A DNA stretch of 62,968 nucleotides, filler included, from Octopus bimaculoides (Eukaryota): assembly GCF_001194135.2 (NCBI RefSeq). It is 6 parts of 6 records of this genome, joined end to end, with 100 filler letters (N's around TTAATTAATTAA, not from the genome) between each part and the next. Parts side by side here need not be neighbours in the genome. Positions count along the whole stretch, not along the records: positions 1 to 17,252 come from NC_068984.1; positions 17,353 to 31,142 come from NC_068987.1; 4 more parts are not named here. One strand, written 5' to 3'. Under the pieces are notes generated by a model that was not told the origin of the DNA, made no database searches, and saw nothing but the letters and a program-made list of their open reading frames with translations. Below are positions 14,109 through 29,332 of the stretch, one piece after another; within the stretch, counting starts at the first letter, position 1, and each line of letters opens with the position of its first letter. The position numbers and the translations under genes are program-made.

Positions 14109-14404
14109 ATATATACAAGCTAGTGATAAATCCGCGTAAACAAGATCTATTTTCTTTTTACCAATCCGTGTTTAGTCAGGTCAAAGTGGAGTCTGCATTA
14201 GCCCTTTTAGTTGTAACGTTTAAATTACCAGGCATGTGCTCGGATCTACTTTGATAACTATAAAACAAGTATTAACCATATCCTATTATCGTCGCTGATA
14301 CTAATACAAGAACCACAATATACGTACGAATGAAATGAAAACTTTCACCCTTCATTTTGCGAAAGCTAATTTGAAGAATCGCTAAGGGATTTCAAATAAA
14401 TTGT

Positions 14405-14830
14405 CTGGTGGTGTTCTTCCCGACTCTGTGTCACCTGAGTTCAAACTTTCACCAAGGTAAACTGTTCTTTTTTCCTTTCAGCATCAGTAAATAAGGCCCC
14501 AGAGCAATACTGGCATTGATTCTTATCTCTTGCTCTGACAGAAACCGACTGGATGCGGATCAGGAGTTGATGTAACCGATTTCCTCATCTCCCGTAACTG
14601 CCGGCCTTGTGCAAAACTTGAAACCAACATCGTATGTGTGAGTAAAGTGGCGTGCTATCAGAGTCATTAACACACCGGACAGAAGGCATTTCGTCCGTCT
14701 TTACGTTCTGAGTTCAAATTCAGTCGAGGTCGACCATGACCTTCATCTTTTCCGGGTTGCTATGTCCCAGTTGAGTTCTAATGAACTTCCACCTTCCTCG
14801 AAATTGCTAGCCTTGTACAAAAAATTTGAA
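14405..14830 (+). mobile_element. Two adjacent degenerate SINE family A copies
   Basis: CTGAGTTCAAA occurs twice; two similar tails GCCTTGTGCAAAACTTGAAACCAACAT and GCCTTGTACAAAAAATTTGAAACCAATAT. Confidence 0.65.
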
Positions 14831-14837
14831 ACCAATA

Positions 14838-14910
<73 letters not shown>

Positions 14911-16090
14911 TGTGTGTTTGTGTGTAAGATATTACAATTAACAACAACATAGAATCATGTCAGAACTTTTAGAATTAATTCTTGTTATAACTGTTGCTGA
15001 AAAGTTGCATCGTCATGAAAATGTTCTTCAGTTACAGGAGAGTTTACAATAGCTAGAACTCGAACACGTGGTTGTGGTAATACCAACATGTGAACTTTAA
15101 TGTAAATGAGATAGACGAATCTTGAATATTAGTATGTGCCTTTGTTCTTGAAGAATTGCCTTCTAACATTGGCTATCTGTTCAGAGAAAATTATCACTGC
15201 TTTCAAAGATAGCGTTACGAAGAGAATCTCGCATAGAAATATATAAACGAATCAAAGATGGTGAATAATAATTAATAAGAATTCCTCATTCAGTCTCAAG
15301 AGTGAATGATGTAGTAACTATACAATGGAGTTTTAACCGGTGGGAATGCATCAAATTTACATTTCCCAGTCGCGTCTTCTATTTGCGACAAGTATTATGC
15401 AAAGGAAATTACATGCCATGTTTGGAGATACAACTTATGAACTTTATTGAACATTTATGAGTTCTGTGTTGAATAAATGGCGGGTAAGCGTAGCAACTTA
15501 GATTAACTGTGCACTTTTGTATTGTCTATGCTTAAAAGAATTTAAAATCCCAAATATGTAAATTATGAATGGAGTTTAGCTGTTGTACCACTGTAAATAC
15601 TTTTAGAAATTTTATACGTCTAATGGTTAATTGCATCGCCTTCTTAATTTGTTTCTCTCAATATTTTCGATGACATTAATTAAGTATACGTCCTTTATTT
15701 ACTTCTTATAAATAGGATGCACACGGGCATACTTTACGCAAATTTATAGTTAGAGCAACTAATTTACTAATCATATTTAAGTTAACATTAAAAATATACA
15801 CGATTGTATGTTCATCCCTCTTTACATATTTGTTTTCCAGTTTATTAAATAGATAGTCAAGTTTCATTTAACTTCTAAGCAGACGACCTACTAAATATAG
15901 CAGCAAAAACGCTATTAATTCAAACTCTGTCATTTTAGGGAAAAACAAGGGACGTAATGGATAAATGTTAATACTAGATATAGTTATGTCTCCTCAAATA
16001 AAAGACGGATCCGTCTCGATTTAGAAGCATTTAATTATAAGTATACAAAATCAAAGTTGACTTGGGGTTGTACAACAATAAAAACAACAA

Positions 16091-16123
<33 letters not shown>

Positions 16124-16210
16124 ATGCTGATGCTGATGCTGCTAATACTACTGCTGCTGATGATGATGATGATGCTGATGCTGCTACTACTACTACTGCT
16201 GCTGCTGCTG

Positions 16211-16248
<38 letters not shown>

Positions 16249-16308
16249 GCTGCTGCTGCTTTTACTCCTGTCACTGCTGTTCCTACAACTATTCTACTAA
16301 GGAGGCGG

Positions 16309-16364
<56 letters not shown>

Positions 16365-16374
16365 NNNNNNNNNN

Positions 16375-16436
<62 letters not shown>

Positions 16437-16860
16437 AATTAAGCAGAAAATTCTTGATCAGCAACATATTGACTACCATCGATTATTATTTTTTAATACA
16501 AAACTTAATCCCATCTAACAGCCGTTTCTGCTTCAAGTTCTTTAATTTATTCTTTAACCTAAGCCTAATAAATCCCCTAATATTTAATTCTAACCATTAT
16601 TCCTAAATAGTTTAACATTCAACTGGTCACCCCATTCATGACTACCTAAACCCCCATACCTCCATTGTTAAAAATATTTCTACAGCCACTGATATTAGTC
16701 ATAAAACGGACACAAGCACTTACTACTAGATTTCCTCCCGAATCCCTACAAACTAGAAAAATACCACTAGCACCCACTATTCACTTTAAATTCCTTTATT
16801 TTGTTTCTTTTTACCTTATCTTCCTTTACCTCCTCCTCCTCTCTCAATATTTACCCTATT

Positions 16861-17092
16861 CTTTACTCTTTACTCTCTTTTACTTGTTTCAGTCATTTGA
16901 CTGCGGCCATGCTGGAGCATCGCCTTTAGTCGAGCAAATCGAGCCCAGGACTTATTTTTTATAAGCCTAGTACTTATTCTATCAGTCTCTTTTGCTGAAC
17001 CGCTAGATTACGGGGACGGTAACACACCAGCATCGGTTGTCAAGCGATGTTGGGGGGACAAACACAGACACACAAACATATATATATATATA
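16861..17092 (-). mobile_element. SINE family D, 3' part
   Basis: TTTTACTTGTTTCAGTCATTTGACTGCGGCCATGCTGGAGCA...CATCGGTTGTCAAGCGATG, matching 60580-60800. Confidence 0.85.
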
Positions 17093-17296
17093 CAAAGGAG
17101 CTATGAAGAAGTTTGAAACAATCAAACGCAACGATAGGAATGGGATTTGCCCACTCTATAGGAGCAAATCATGGAACACCATAGAAAGAACTAAGAAGAA
17201 AATAGGGAAGGCAAGCTCATGGTACAATAGCCACAAGTACCAAAGCGTCATGNNNNNNNNNNNNNNNNNNNNNNNNNNNNNNNNNNNNNNNNNNNN

Positions 17297-17308
17297 TTAA
17301 TTAATTAA
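17297..17308. other. Assembly gap spacer TTAATTAATTAA (also 31187-31198, 40376-40387, 47978-47989, 61096-61107)
   Basis: An identical 12-mer embedded in N runs five times; not biological sequence. Confidence 0.95.
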
Positions 17309-17674
17309 NNNNNNNNNNNNNNNNNNNNNNNNNNNNNNNNNNNNNNNNNNNNCACACACACACACACACATACTCATATGTGAGCGCGTGTGTGTGTGTG
17401 TGTATGTATGTATGTATATATATATATATATATATGCATACATACATACATACAAACAAATTTGAACTATACATATATATATAGTTCAAATTTCCAGAAA
17501 GCAAAAGGGTTATATAATGGTTTCGAAATTGAGACGATTATATATTAACCGAGAAACGAAATCACTTGTATGTGTTGACTCGTCTAGGTGTAGTACTAAA
17601 TTCTTTCTTGCTCTACCAGAGATATGATGCACCAAAGTCTAGAAAATCAAATTCTGTTCTTATTATCTTCTACA

Positions 17675-17875
17675 CTTTACTTGTTTAGTCAGTGAAATGC
17701 GGCTGTAGGAGGTGTACCACCATGAAGAGTTTAATCGAACAAATCCAACCCAGTATTTATTTTCTAAAGTCTGATATTGGTTCGATCAGCCAAAGTGCTG
17801 AATTATGAAACAGTAAGCAAACCACAACTGGTTGTCATCGATGGTGGGGAGACAAACACATAGACACACACAGAT
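17675..17875 (-). mobile_element. Degenerate SINE family D, 3' part
   Basis: TTTACTTGTTTAGTCA...TGGTTGTCATCGATGGTGGGGAGACAAACACA, similar to 16861-17092. Confidence 0.6.
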
Positions 17876-19061
17876 AAATAGATAGATAGATAGATATATA
17901 CATACATACATACATACATACATACAAGTCATTTCTAGAAGACACTTACCCAAGAAGCTCCGCAATGTCAACCATGTAGTTTCAAAACGAACTTCCTATC
18001 TCCACAGCTATGCTTGCTCTAGAGATATACATTTTTGTTACAACATAGCTCCTTGTTGCTTTTTTAACCACTTGTATAACTTGAACGGACCGCTTGATTA
18101 ATTGCTAATTAGTGTATTCTCGAACAAAATTATCCACTGTACGTTTTATTTCATTTAATAAGATGCTTATATATGATTTGAAGATTTACCTTTTATTTCC
18201 AGCAGATCGGATAACCAGAGTAGAGTTTCCCTTTGTGTCTTTTCTCTAAATGTTTCTAATTTAAGTACAAGGCCATCAGTTTTCATGGGGTTAGGGAAAT
18301 ATGTCATAGTATTAAGCACAATAATTGACTTGTACATTAGTTTATTGGGTCCGTGAGGTTGAAAAGCAAATTTGTATCGGGGAGCTTGAAACTCACACAT
18401 GGAGAGCTGGAAGTAATACAGTAAGTCATTTTATTTTACCCCCGAGGGTCACCAATTCTGTCAGCTCATCACTGTTTGACTTGTCTCTGGTACAATACAT
18501 TGAAAGAGATGAATGACAAAACCGGTAGAGTAACTGGCTAAGCTCTTTAACGTATCTAGTTCAAATTCAGTTCGGATTCACTTATATTTAAACAACATTC
18601 AGGACTAAATTAAAGAATCATGATTTATTAAAAAATTGACCGTTTTATTCAATAAACTAAAGAGAATATCTCTACGTTGTGACTCGACGTTCTAGAATTA
18701 ACAGTCAAAATCTCTCTTAAATCTCATCTTACCATCATGAAAAGTCATCATATTGGCTTGTACATTGGATAGTGTATTTCTGGATAGCTCTACAAGAACA
18801 CAAACGACATTAGTTTGTTTGGGCAAGAATGAACGGCACAACAACAATACAGCACCAACAAGAACCTCTGCTGTTACGACTACTTCCCTATAATTGTGAC
18901 CCAGTGCCGACATTAGACATCTATATCACACACTTTCATAAAATAAACACAGCAAAAAGAAAAAAAAGAAAAACAACTGCACAAAATATAAACAATGAAA
19001 GTAAAAGCACAGTAAACTTCACCTCAATATTACAATAAATTAAACTGCTTCACGCTTCAGC

Positions 19062-19093
<32 letters not shown>

Positions 19094-19113
19094 ATACATA
19101 TCTATCTAAAAAT

Positions 19114-19177
<64 letters not shown>

Positions 19178-19795
19178 TATATATAGATATAGATAGATTC
19201 CATAAATTAGTTCTTTACGCTGCTGTCATCGCCATCAGCAATTGTAACAACAATTACCACCACAAACAGACTCACGCATACACAGAAGGCTTCTGCTCTT
19301 TGTTATTCTAAAGTGTTTGTGTTTATGTATTTTACTAAATGTTTTAATATGAAAATTTTGCCTATTTCTTTCTTTTATTGTTTGTCAACTAAAAATTCTT
19401 GCTATGAATTTCAAATTTTAATACCTACAGACTGAACTATTAACATAGTTCGTACACCATAAACATTTAAAAACTAGTATAAAGTAATTTATACCGTACA
19501 ACCACCGCTGCCGCCACTACCTACATCACCAACACCACCACCTCCAAGACCACCACCTCCAAGACCACCACCACCACCACACTCTCTATCATGAACATTT
19601 CTCTTCATTCCTCCCTTTTTCCTATTCTCTCATTCTCTCTATCTCTCTTTGTTCTCTTCGCCTCTCTTTGCATTCTCATATCTCATAATATTGCTACGAT
19701 GGCTGCTGTTTGATGTACTTTTTTTTATTCTGTTCTTGTTCATGTTCATGTTGCTGTCGTTGTTGTCGTCGTGATTATCTATTTATTTATTTATT

Positions 19796-19846
<51 letters not shown>

Positions 19847-21536
19847 TTGTCGCTGAAGTCTGTAGTGATGTTTCTGATGTCGTGTTTGGTGTCTTTGTTG
19901 TGATGCTATTTCTTTTTTTTGTTTTGTTTTGTTTATTAATTATTTCATTTTTATTACAATTCGTGTATGTTGTTTGGTGTTTGGTTCTGGAAAGAGGTAT
20001 TTGGTGATTGCAGATAAATAAACACATTGCTCGCTGTGAATTTAATTTCTGTTAATTATAATTAATAAATTTGGGAGTCTGGTATAGTTTTCAAAATATT
20101 TATGGTCGACATCAATAATATAATGCTGAAATGTCCAGAGAATTACCATTCATTTATAAAACCGAACAGATATTTCATGATTTGGTGTTTAATTATTGAA
20201 CACACCTCTACAGTGTGAATGTGTGCATAAATTTGTGTATGTATGTCTAAACGTGTACTTCTCTTTGTATAATATGCATGCAGGAGGCTGTTGTACTATG
20301 TATACTAGTATTAGTCTGTATGTTTGTCTGAGAGCGTATTGTTAGTCTCTATAGTGTACAAATATTCATTTGTATAAAAAGTTCGTTTGCATAAATGCGT
20401 ATTTGTATGATTGTGTTAGTGTATTTTTCCGTGAATATATTTGTACAGAAGAGTGAATAAATGTATGAGTATTATTAAGGATATATATTTGTATGAATGT
20501 TATATGCGAGTGTGTGTATGAATGTGTGTCAGTAAGTGTGAATATTTGTCTCAGTATATTGTGTGCGCGTGTGTGTGCGTGCTTCATTGATGTACATAGA
20601 AACAATAATTTCAGTGATATTTTCTTTCTGTTTCACAAAACAGATTAAATCACTGCGAACAATGGCTTTAAAACTTATGTGCGATCTGTCTAAACCGCCA
20701 AAGCATTTGTCGAATGGACCGACTGGCAGACATCTGCACGCATCATCAAAATAAGTTGTGTGCTAAATCCTATAAACAAGAACCACAACTCCTGTTAGGT
20801 TGCTTTTGGTGGGAAGCCACAAAACAAGTTCGAAACACGGGTGTTCTCAAATCTCCTAACACTAAACGAGTCGAGTGCTCTAAAAGAAATAGTATTCAAG
20901 TTTCGTCAGCTAATGAAAAGTATCAAGTAATCCTAAAGTTTATTTTTACAATTTTATTATGACACAAAAACATTAGCATGTTTGTGTGTGTGTGTGTGTG
21001 TGCGTGCGCGCGCGTGTGTGCGTGAGCGCGCGCACGCGTATGTGTGTGCGCACGTGTATGTGTGTGCAAAACATGTTTTATAAGGAGTCGAAGAATAGTC
21101 GTGCGCATCTTCTTATAAAAGAAAATTATCTCTAGATCTAGAATCAGGTATCTAAGAATGTCGCCAATACTAGCATCTAGCACTCCGAATCTTATACATA
21201 AGCAGCTAAACCCCTCATGCTCCTACGAATATTAAGCTTCCTGAACATTAATGCTATCTAACTGCGATCTCACATTCATGGTATAGAAGAAAACAATTTG
21301 CAAAACTGGTCTTCCTATTTTTGAAGTATAATATTTTTTACCTCTCAACAGTCGCTAACTCTCTACTAGGCGACATCTGAACAGTGCTTCTACTGCACAA
21401 ATACACAACCTAATATATACACGAAAATGAGGCATCCGAATGATTTACAGTTGTTCAGCAACACACTCCAGCTTGTTCAGTAATACAGTATGGGCCACAG
21501 AGAGGTTGACAGCGTATGTCCCGATATGTGTATGAA

Positions 21537-21574
<38 letters not shown>

Positions 21575-22471
21575 TAGCCTATACCACTGATTATAGATAG
21601 TTTCTGAATTTTTTGCTCACCATCTTTATATCGTGTGATAGAATTTAATGCATTGTGTATTTCATTTCTTTACTTTCTACTGAATATACATTATCCGTAG
21701 ACCAAAATAATTCGGAATATTTGTTTGAATATGAATATTTGTTTAGCGTGTTTGTTCAAAAATACTTTCCTAAGATTAATTATGATGTACACAGTCAACA
21801 ACCTATATGACTCGTTATCGATCATACATATATGCATACATATATGTATGCATATATGAATGAAATAGTTGTCTGAACACCCACGCTACTCAATATTATA
21901 GGAAGCTTCAAAATCAATGGAGAGGTACCTGGAATGGTCCAAGCAAGATTGGTGGCCATGGCCTCAAATCTGTCATATGAATTATACATTGTGATACTGA
22001 AGCAACATCTGCAACAGAGGAAAGAGGCCGACTATCTTTCCCAAATTTGCGATCATGAAATCAACATGATAAAAAATAGCTAATGAGCTCGAGAAGAGAC
22101 ATGAAATAACACATGCGAATTCTGAACCCAAAATACACTTTCAGCTTCAAAACTTTTATTAGTGGAGTAACAGGAAACGTACCAACATGTCTGGAGCAAA
22201 ATAAGGCCGAACTTGGGCTCGCGGGGATAGAACGCAACTCCTTAATTTGTATACTACAAATAAGAACGATACGTGGGCTTATAGATATCGCCAAGACTTT
22301 TCTGAAGATTTGATGAAAGATGACAAAAATAAGATACTTTCCTTCACAACTTTGCTACTAAGCAGGTGGCCGGTCAAAATTACGAGAAAGAGGACATACA
22401 TACATACATACATACATACATACAGACAGACAGACAGACAGACAGGCAGGCAGACAGACAGACAGACATTC

Positions 22472-22569
22472 ATACCCTGTTGTTGAAATTCCAATGAAGA
22501 GCCTTGGATCTGGGTTACAAACCGACTCTCTCTATTGACAAGAAATCTTCAAATAAAACTGAATAATGA
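22472..22569 (+). repeat. ~100-bp dispersed repeat embedded in (CATA)n tracts, copy 1
   Basis: CCTGTTGTTGAAATT.CAATGAAG.GCC.TGGATCT.GGTT...GAAATCTT.AAATAAA..GAATAATGA; second copy at 48357-48464. Confidence 0.85.
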
Positions 22570-24821
22570 CATACATACATACATACATGCATACATACAT
22601 ACATACATACATACATACATACATACATACATACATACGTACATGCATACATACATACATACATACATACATACATAAACAATATTTTATTTTCCGTTGT
22701 GATGTACTTCAATGTACAGGCTATATATCCGGAGATTAATTCGCTACAGAATGCACCCTACTTTGTTCACATCAACCTTCATAGAAATATATATGCATTA
22801 ATTAACAGACTAGCTACCTCACGTCTTATGTTTTATTCACGACACTATATGTTTTAGAAGCAAATGTATTATGGCTCAAATGTCAATCGTATATCTTCGA
22901 CAGTCACTAACAATACGACTCTTTCATTAGTCACAAAACCAATTCAATTAAATAAAGGCTCACCATCGATCTTTACGGAGCGCTTTAAATGATTAAAGTA
23001 GTTAACATTGAGGCGAACTGGGATTTGTAGTTTGAAGACCGAAACAAAATATTTTAAGTATTTAGTCATAGACGTATTTGAGCAGAAAGAAGCCATGTCC
23101 CAAAGATTTTGCTTTTAAATGGTTGTGTTAAAGGAATGTTATCTGCAACCCTATCTTCCTCGCTTTGTTTTCTTTACCTTTTTCCTAACTGACACAATAA
23201 GCCGAACAGAAAACCTAATTTTTATACAAATAGTAGTTGTCTTCAATAATTGATTGTTTTGAGCCTCGAACAACAACGAACTAGCGACATTATCAACAAC
23301 AATCGTCATATTCTCAAGAAAACTTGACTTTTATTGAAGATTGAAATGTTTGAGTTAATGCACAATCAATACTAGTTACACCATCAATCTTCTCCCATTT
23401 GAGGCAGATACTCCTCTTCCACAAACATCCCTTCAGTAGAAGATACCAAAAATTATATTCCATAAACCTAACTCCATCCAACCTGTAAAGTAGAGTAACG
23501 GCAGGGGTCATAAAATGTCCAACATGCTCTAAGAAACCTATGACATAAACATCGAAGACAAGAGTATCTTGTATTTTATTCTGACGTAGTTTATCTTAAA
23601 CTAATTCATACAAAATTTTGTTTCTATTTTAAGACTGTTAGTTGTGATGATGTGGCTGTCATACGAAAAAGTTCAAGCGATTGCGTAGAGACATACACGT
23701 TAGTTCGTTGAATTAAGTTTGGTCTAGGTAGGCTACTTAGCACTTTGAAATATTTGGTAGATTCAGCATAGGAAATATTTCAAAATCTGAATCAATATCA
23801 TCTAAAAGTAGAAGTGTCATTTTGGATAAAAGTAAGGTTATTGGTACAATGAGAATTAATATCAATTTTAATGAGCCAGTATTGACCCACAATTCCCAAA
23901 TTAGAGAGGGCTAACAAGACGAAAGCATTGATGAATAGTATTTGGTAAGTGTACTTAAAAGAAATTATTAGAGAAAATCTATTAAGGCTTGTGAGATTCT
24001 AGTAATAGAACAGAACAGAGTGGAAGATGAAAGGTAGATGAAAGAAATAGTTGAAAGTGATGTAGTTGTTTTGTTGTATAACCCAAAGCAAACTCTGGAT
24101 TGATCAAAGGTATCCTAGTCATGACTATCAGATTCTCTTTTCTTTTTTTTCTTGCTTTTGTCTTTCGAGGGAGAGAGAATTCCGCATTACATTATCCAAT
24201 ATATATTATTCCTTTTCTTCAAACCGGTACAGTTTGATTTGAGGGAGATTTGGTTACTCTAACTAATATGTTGAAATATGACCTCGTTAGAAATGGCGTA
24301 CAGGTCAAAGAGGCAAATCAGGAAATTATTGTAAAGAATGGTTAACAATGCAACTTGTTTTTTTTTAAGAAACATCTATTGAAAAGAATATCGTTCGATG
24401 GTATTTGGTGTTTGATGGTGGAGTATTGATAATTCAAAAGAGTTCTCAAGACTGGATATACATATATGAGATTAGATACTGTTTTATGCTCTTTGTAAAT
24501 GGTTTGATAAATTTCTGTCTTCTGAAGAGAGACGGATCCCCTTATGCGTAAAGGGGTTCAGTTTGAACCCTCATATGTAATATCGAGGAATTAAATTGCG
24601 CACCCTCAAAAAATGAAATGCATTTCTTTAAAATACACTCATTGACAGTATGTTAATGGAAATAAAATGTCTAAAACTTATTGATTTTCTAACTAATCTA
24701 AAATTTTTTTAGATCAAATATATGTTGTAAAACCATGACCGCTCTGAAAATGAACGCATAAATTAACTTTTACTTTTTAACTTTTCTTGAACACAATAAC
24801 TCGGTGCTACGGTGCTGCATC

Positions 24822-24876
<55 letters not shown>

Positions 24877-24949
24877 CAGACAGACAGACAGACAGACAGA
24901 CAGAGACAGACAGAGAAAGAGAGACAGAGAGAGACAGAGAGAGAGAGAC

Positions 24950-25018
<69 letters not shown>

Positions 25019-25104
25019 CGTGCATATACATATACATATATATACATACATATATACACACATACGTACGTACGTATGTATCTATGTATGCATGTATATA
25101 TGTA

Positions 25105-25170
<66 letters not shown>

Positions 25171-26267
25171 TACCACGAGCCAGTCAACGAGAAATAGTCC
25201 ACATATCTACGTAGTTGTTTGACCGGCAAGTAATTACTGCCAAATCTGTTTCAGATATCATTTTACTCCCTTAAAAATAATGATATTTTGTAAAGATTAA
25301 GTCTTGGATATATATATATACAAAAAGAGGACTTGATCAGAAACAGAATGCCTTCAATTATATCTCGTTGACTTGGGTCTAACGAACAGCAACACTAACG
25401 TCATCGATTGTAGCAGCAACAACATCACATATATATCATAAGAAAATCCTAGCCTACATTGAACTCACATGGACTTTGCTTGGTATGTACCAGGAAGATT
25501 TGTTGTAGACGGACAACAATGTTGAAGAAAGAGCTAATACATCGAAGCTGGTCCATAACCAACTAAATAACTCTTAACTTTCTTTTCTCCTCGGTTTTTC
25601 GTTTTTTAACATCACTTGCGTTTTTCTCTCGTCTTCCTGTCCCATGTTATTTAACTCTCTCCTGTCTTTGTCTCTCCATCCTTCGCCCTCTTTCAACGAA
25701 ACTGTTTTATTTTATATATAACTATTATGTTTTCCTTTTTTGTGACATAACTCGTTTTGGTGACATACCTCATTATTCCATATCCATTTACTAGTTTCAA
25801 ACATTTTTTTTTTCATATTTCTCCCCTTCCCAATTTTTGCCACAAACTTTTTCCGCTTTTCTTCATCTTCGTTTCTTCTTTCTATTTTTCATACAACTTC
25901 CGTTTTTTTTTTTTCATTCACACCAATTTCACGCATACACACTAAAGCATACATTACATTCTCTTAACAACTTCTTTCTCAGTCGCTCGCTCTTTCCTTT
26001 CTACCAGCTCCAACCTTCGTACTATTTTCTTCATTTCAATATCATTCTTACACTTCTTTCTTCTTTCATTGACACCATTTTCTGCATATCTTTGTTTTAT
26101 ATATTTATATATTTTTTCTTTGTTAATGTTTTTGTTTCATCTCATTTTCTTGCTTTGATCATGATCTTTTCATCACTCACTTTTCTCGCCTATCATTCTA
26201 TCGGCTGTCATCTGTTTTACAACTTTTCCTCGCGTTTTATCTGATTTTCTTTCATTTTGTTCGCTCT

Positions 26268-26321
<54 letters not shown>

Positions 26322-26323
26322 GA

Positions 26324-26357
<34 letters not shown>

Positions 26358-26361
26358 GTCT

Positions 26362-26402
<41 letters not shown>

Positions 26403-27232
26403 TTTTTTTTCATTCACTCTCTCTACACTTTTATTACAGCTAGCGTCATTTTTTTTACATGTTTTCCATCTGTTTGTTGTTACCTATCTCCTTCAATCTC
26501 ACTGTAAACCTTCACTCTTCTTCTCCTTCTTTCTCTGCCATGTCTCCCCTATCTCCGTCTCTGTCTATCTAATATCTGCTCGCAATACAATGAAGCATAT
26601 CAACCCCATCCCTCTTTGTCTGTCTGTATGAATATCTGCTTCACCCTCTTTCATTGTACCTATCTGCATATTGTTAAAAATTTCTCGCATCTGTTTCTTT
26701 TACTCGCCTCATCTTCTTTTCTATCTATTATCTACGCATGCACACATATCCTTCTTTTTATTTTTTACTCTTTCTTCCATACTCTCCCACACTCTCTGTC
26801 TGTCACTTTCTCTCTCTCTATCTCTCTATCACTCTCTCCACCTTCCCCACTCTCTTGCCTCTAACTATTTCTGTGTACATAGTCTTATCATCTTTTGTCT
26901 TTTACTTCCTCATTCGTGCACATTATCTCTGTCTTACGCTCTCTTCATTGGTCTAACTTGTTATCATCCCTATTCGTTCCAATCGATTTTTCGATTTCAT
27001 TTTCGTGTCCATTCCTGAATGGATAAAATAAGGAATCAATCATATACCGAACTTGATTAATTCGACAATGTCCCTCCCAGAAAATTTTTGGCCTTATACT
27101 TAAGTCATAAATCATTACTGTTATTCTTCTACTCGTTACATTATTGCTATTAGCAAGAACAGCTCACTAAAATTGATTTATTCAAAGCTTGCTTGCTTCT
27201 GTAGACTGGAGAACTCAGTTGGTACAGAGCAT

Positions 27233-27610
27233 TGTTGTTGTTGTTACGACCTCTAGGGTTCCAGTTGATCCGATCAACGGAACAGCCTGCTCGTGAAATT
27301 AACGTGCAAGTGGCTGAGCACTCCACAGACACGTGTACCCTTAACGTAGTTCTCGGGGATATTCAGCGTGACACAGTGTGACAAGGCTGACCCTTTGAAT
27401 TACAGGCACAACAGAAACAGGAAGTAAGAGTGAGAGAAAGTTGTGGTGAAAGAGTACAACAGGGTTCGCCACCATCCCCTGCCGGAGCCTCGTGGAGCTT
27501 TAGGTGGTTTCGCTCAATAAACACTCACAACGCCCGGTCTGGGAATCGAAACCGCGATCCTATGACCACGAGTCCGCTGCCCTAACCACTGGGCCATTGC
27601 GCCTCCACGC
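27233..27610 (-). mobile_element. SINE family B, near full length with 12-bp TSD
   Basis: TSD GGTACAGAGCAT (27221-27232, 27611-27622); near-identical reverse complement of 13727-14108. Confidence 0.92.
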
Positions 27611-27834
27611 GGTACAGAGCATATGCCCTTGCTATAAGGTAATTCTAGCTCTGCTGGATCTGTCATCGTTCCAAATATGGCTGTCCTTATTTGAGGGTTT
27701 CTGGCTTAATTTCACACTTCGATCTGTTTTATTTTTGCTTTTGATCCTGCAAAAACCCAGACCATTTCTGAAATTTTTCCTCAGGACGCTCCTTCGTATG
27801 TTGCCTGTTTCGCAATAATAGAGAAACTATGATT

Positions 27835-28030
27835 GCAACGAGCTGGCAGAATCGCTAACACGCCGGACAAATGCTTAGCGGAATATTCTCTGTCTTCACG
27901 TTCTGAGTTCAAATTCCGACAAAGTTTACTTTGCCTTTCATCCTTTGGGGATCGGTTGAAATAAGTACCAGTTGAGTGTTGGTGTCCATGTAATCGACTT
28001 AACCCCACTGCTTCAAAATCACTGACGCAC
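27835..28030 (+). mobile_element. SINE family A copy
   Basis: CGAGCTGGCAGAATCG...GTTCTGAGTTCAAATTCC...CTTTGCCTTTCATCCTTT...AAATAAGTACCAGTTGAG. Confidence 0.8.
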
Positions 28031-28212
28031 AACAGACTACATTAACATTGGCCTACAACAAGTAACCTTTAGACGCCAAGAACCTTACTAAGTATCCTAG
28101 ATGTTCCTAATAATACTGTCTTCTGAAGTTGCACAAAATTAGGTTTTATGTCTATTTCCATCTGTTCAAATCTTTAAGAATGCACCTATAACAACAGAGA
28201 TATTACCACCAC

Positions 28213-28264
<52 letters not shown>

Positions 28265-28319
28265 CAGCAGCAGCAGCAGCAGCAGCAGTGCCGGCGCCAG
28301 CAGCAGAAGCAGCAGCAGC

Positions 28320-28380
<61 letters not shown>

Positions 28381-28574
28381 ACAACAATTGTCATCTGGTC
28401 AGATTTCAAAAAATTTAGCTTTTAAACTATTCTTCAGTTTGGATTTTATTTCGCGAGGGTACCTTACTGTATATTTTTAGAACGTGCCCTCATTTTTGGA
28501 GTAAGTCAGCAAATTCAGTTTTTTAAAAAATATATTTCCGTTTTATTTCAACGTCTAATAATACTGTCTATGAT

Positions 28575-28660
28575 AGGTACAAGGTCTGAAATTTTAGGGA
28601 AGCCGGTAGTCGATTATATCGACTCCAGGACTCAACTAATACTTATTTCATCGACTCACA
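28575..28660 (-). mobile_element. SINE family A, 3' fragment
   Basis: ACAAGGTCTGAAATTT...AGTCGATTATATCGACTCCAG..CTCAACT. Confidence 0.6.
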
Positions 28661-29240
28661 ATAAATAAAAAGATGTTGAAGGTGAAGCACACATTTTCTC
28701 TCACAATATTGACGTAAATTAAGTGTTCCGCACATATACCAACAACAATTGAACAATAAATGCGTGCTTTTCATTTCTTTTACGAATAGTTTATCTACCA
28801 TAGGGCATCTGAAAGAAATGAGGGCTTTTAATTACTTTGAAGACAGATAATAGACAGATAATTAAGTGCCACGAAATATCTCTCGCACTCTGTATAAGAT
28901 TTAGGATGAGAGTGTTAGAACCAAATGCATGCTAACAGATATCTAAGACGATTGGAGCATATTGATCTCTGGTAAAATAAAAACGTTTTAAAAATTCGAT
29001 GTCTCAAAAGTGTAATTGCTCATGGTAATTTTTAAGAAATAAACATTCCCTACTTACGCAATATTTCCAGAGATTCCTCACTGAACTAGTCGCATCCCAT
29101 GCGGCCACCTTGTCAAGGTGTTCCAGTACTTACGAAGTGCACAACACACGTCACTATACCAAGAAATCGCCGAATTTTTTAAACAGCTGAAAACTTTACG
29201 ATACAGTCGTGTAAATGAAATAACTGAGATAATGATCTTC

Positions 29241-29332
<92 letters not shown>

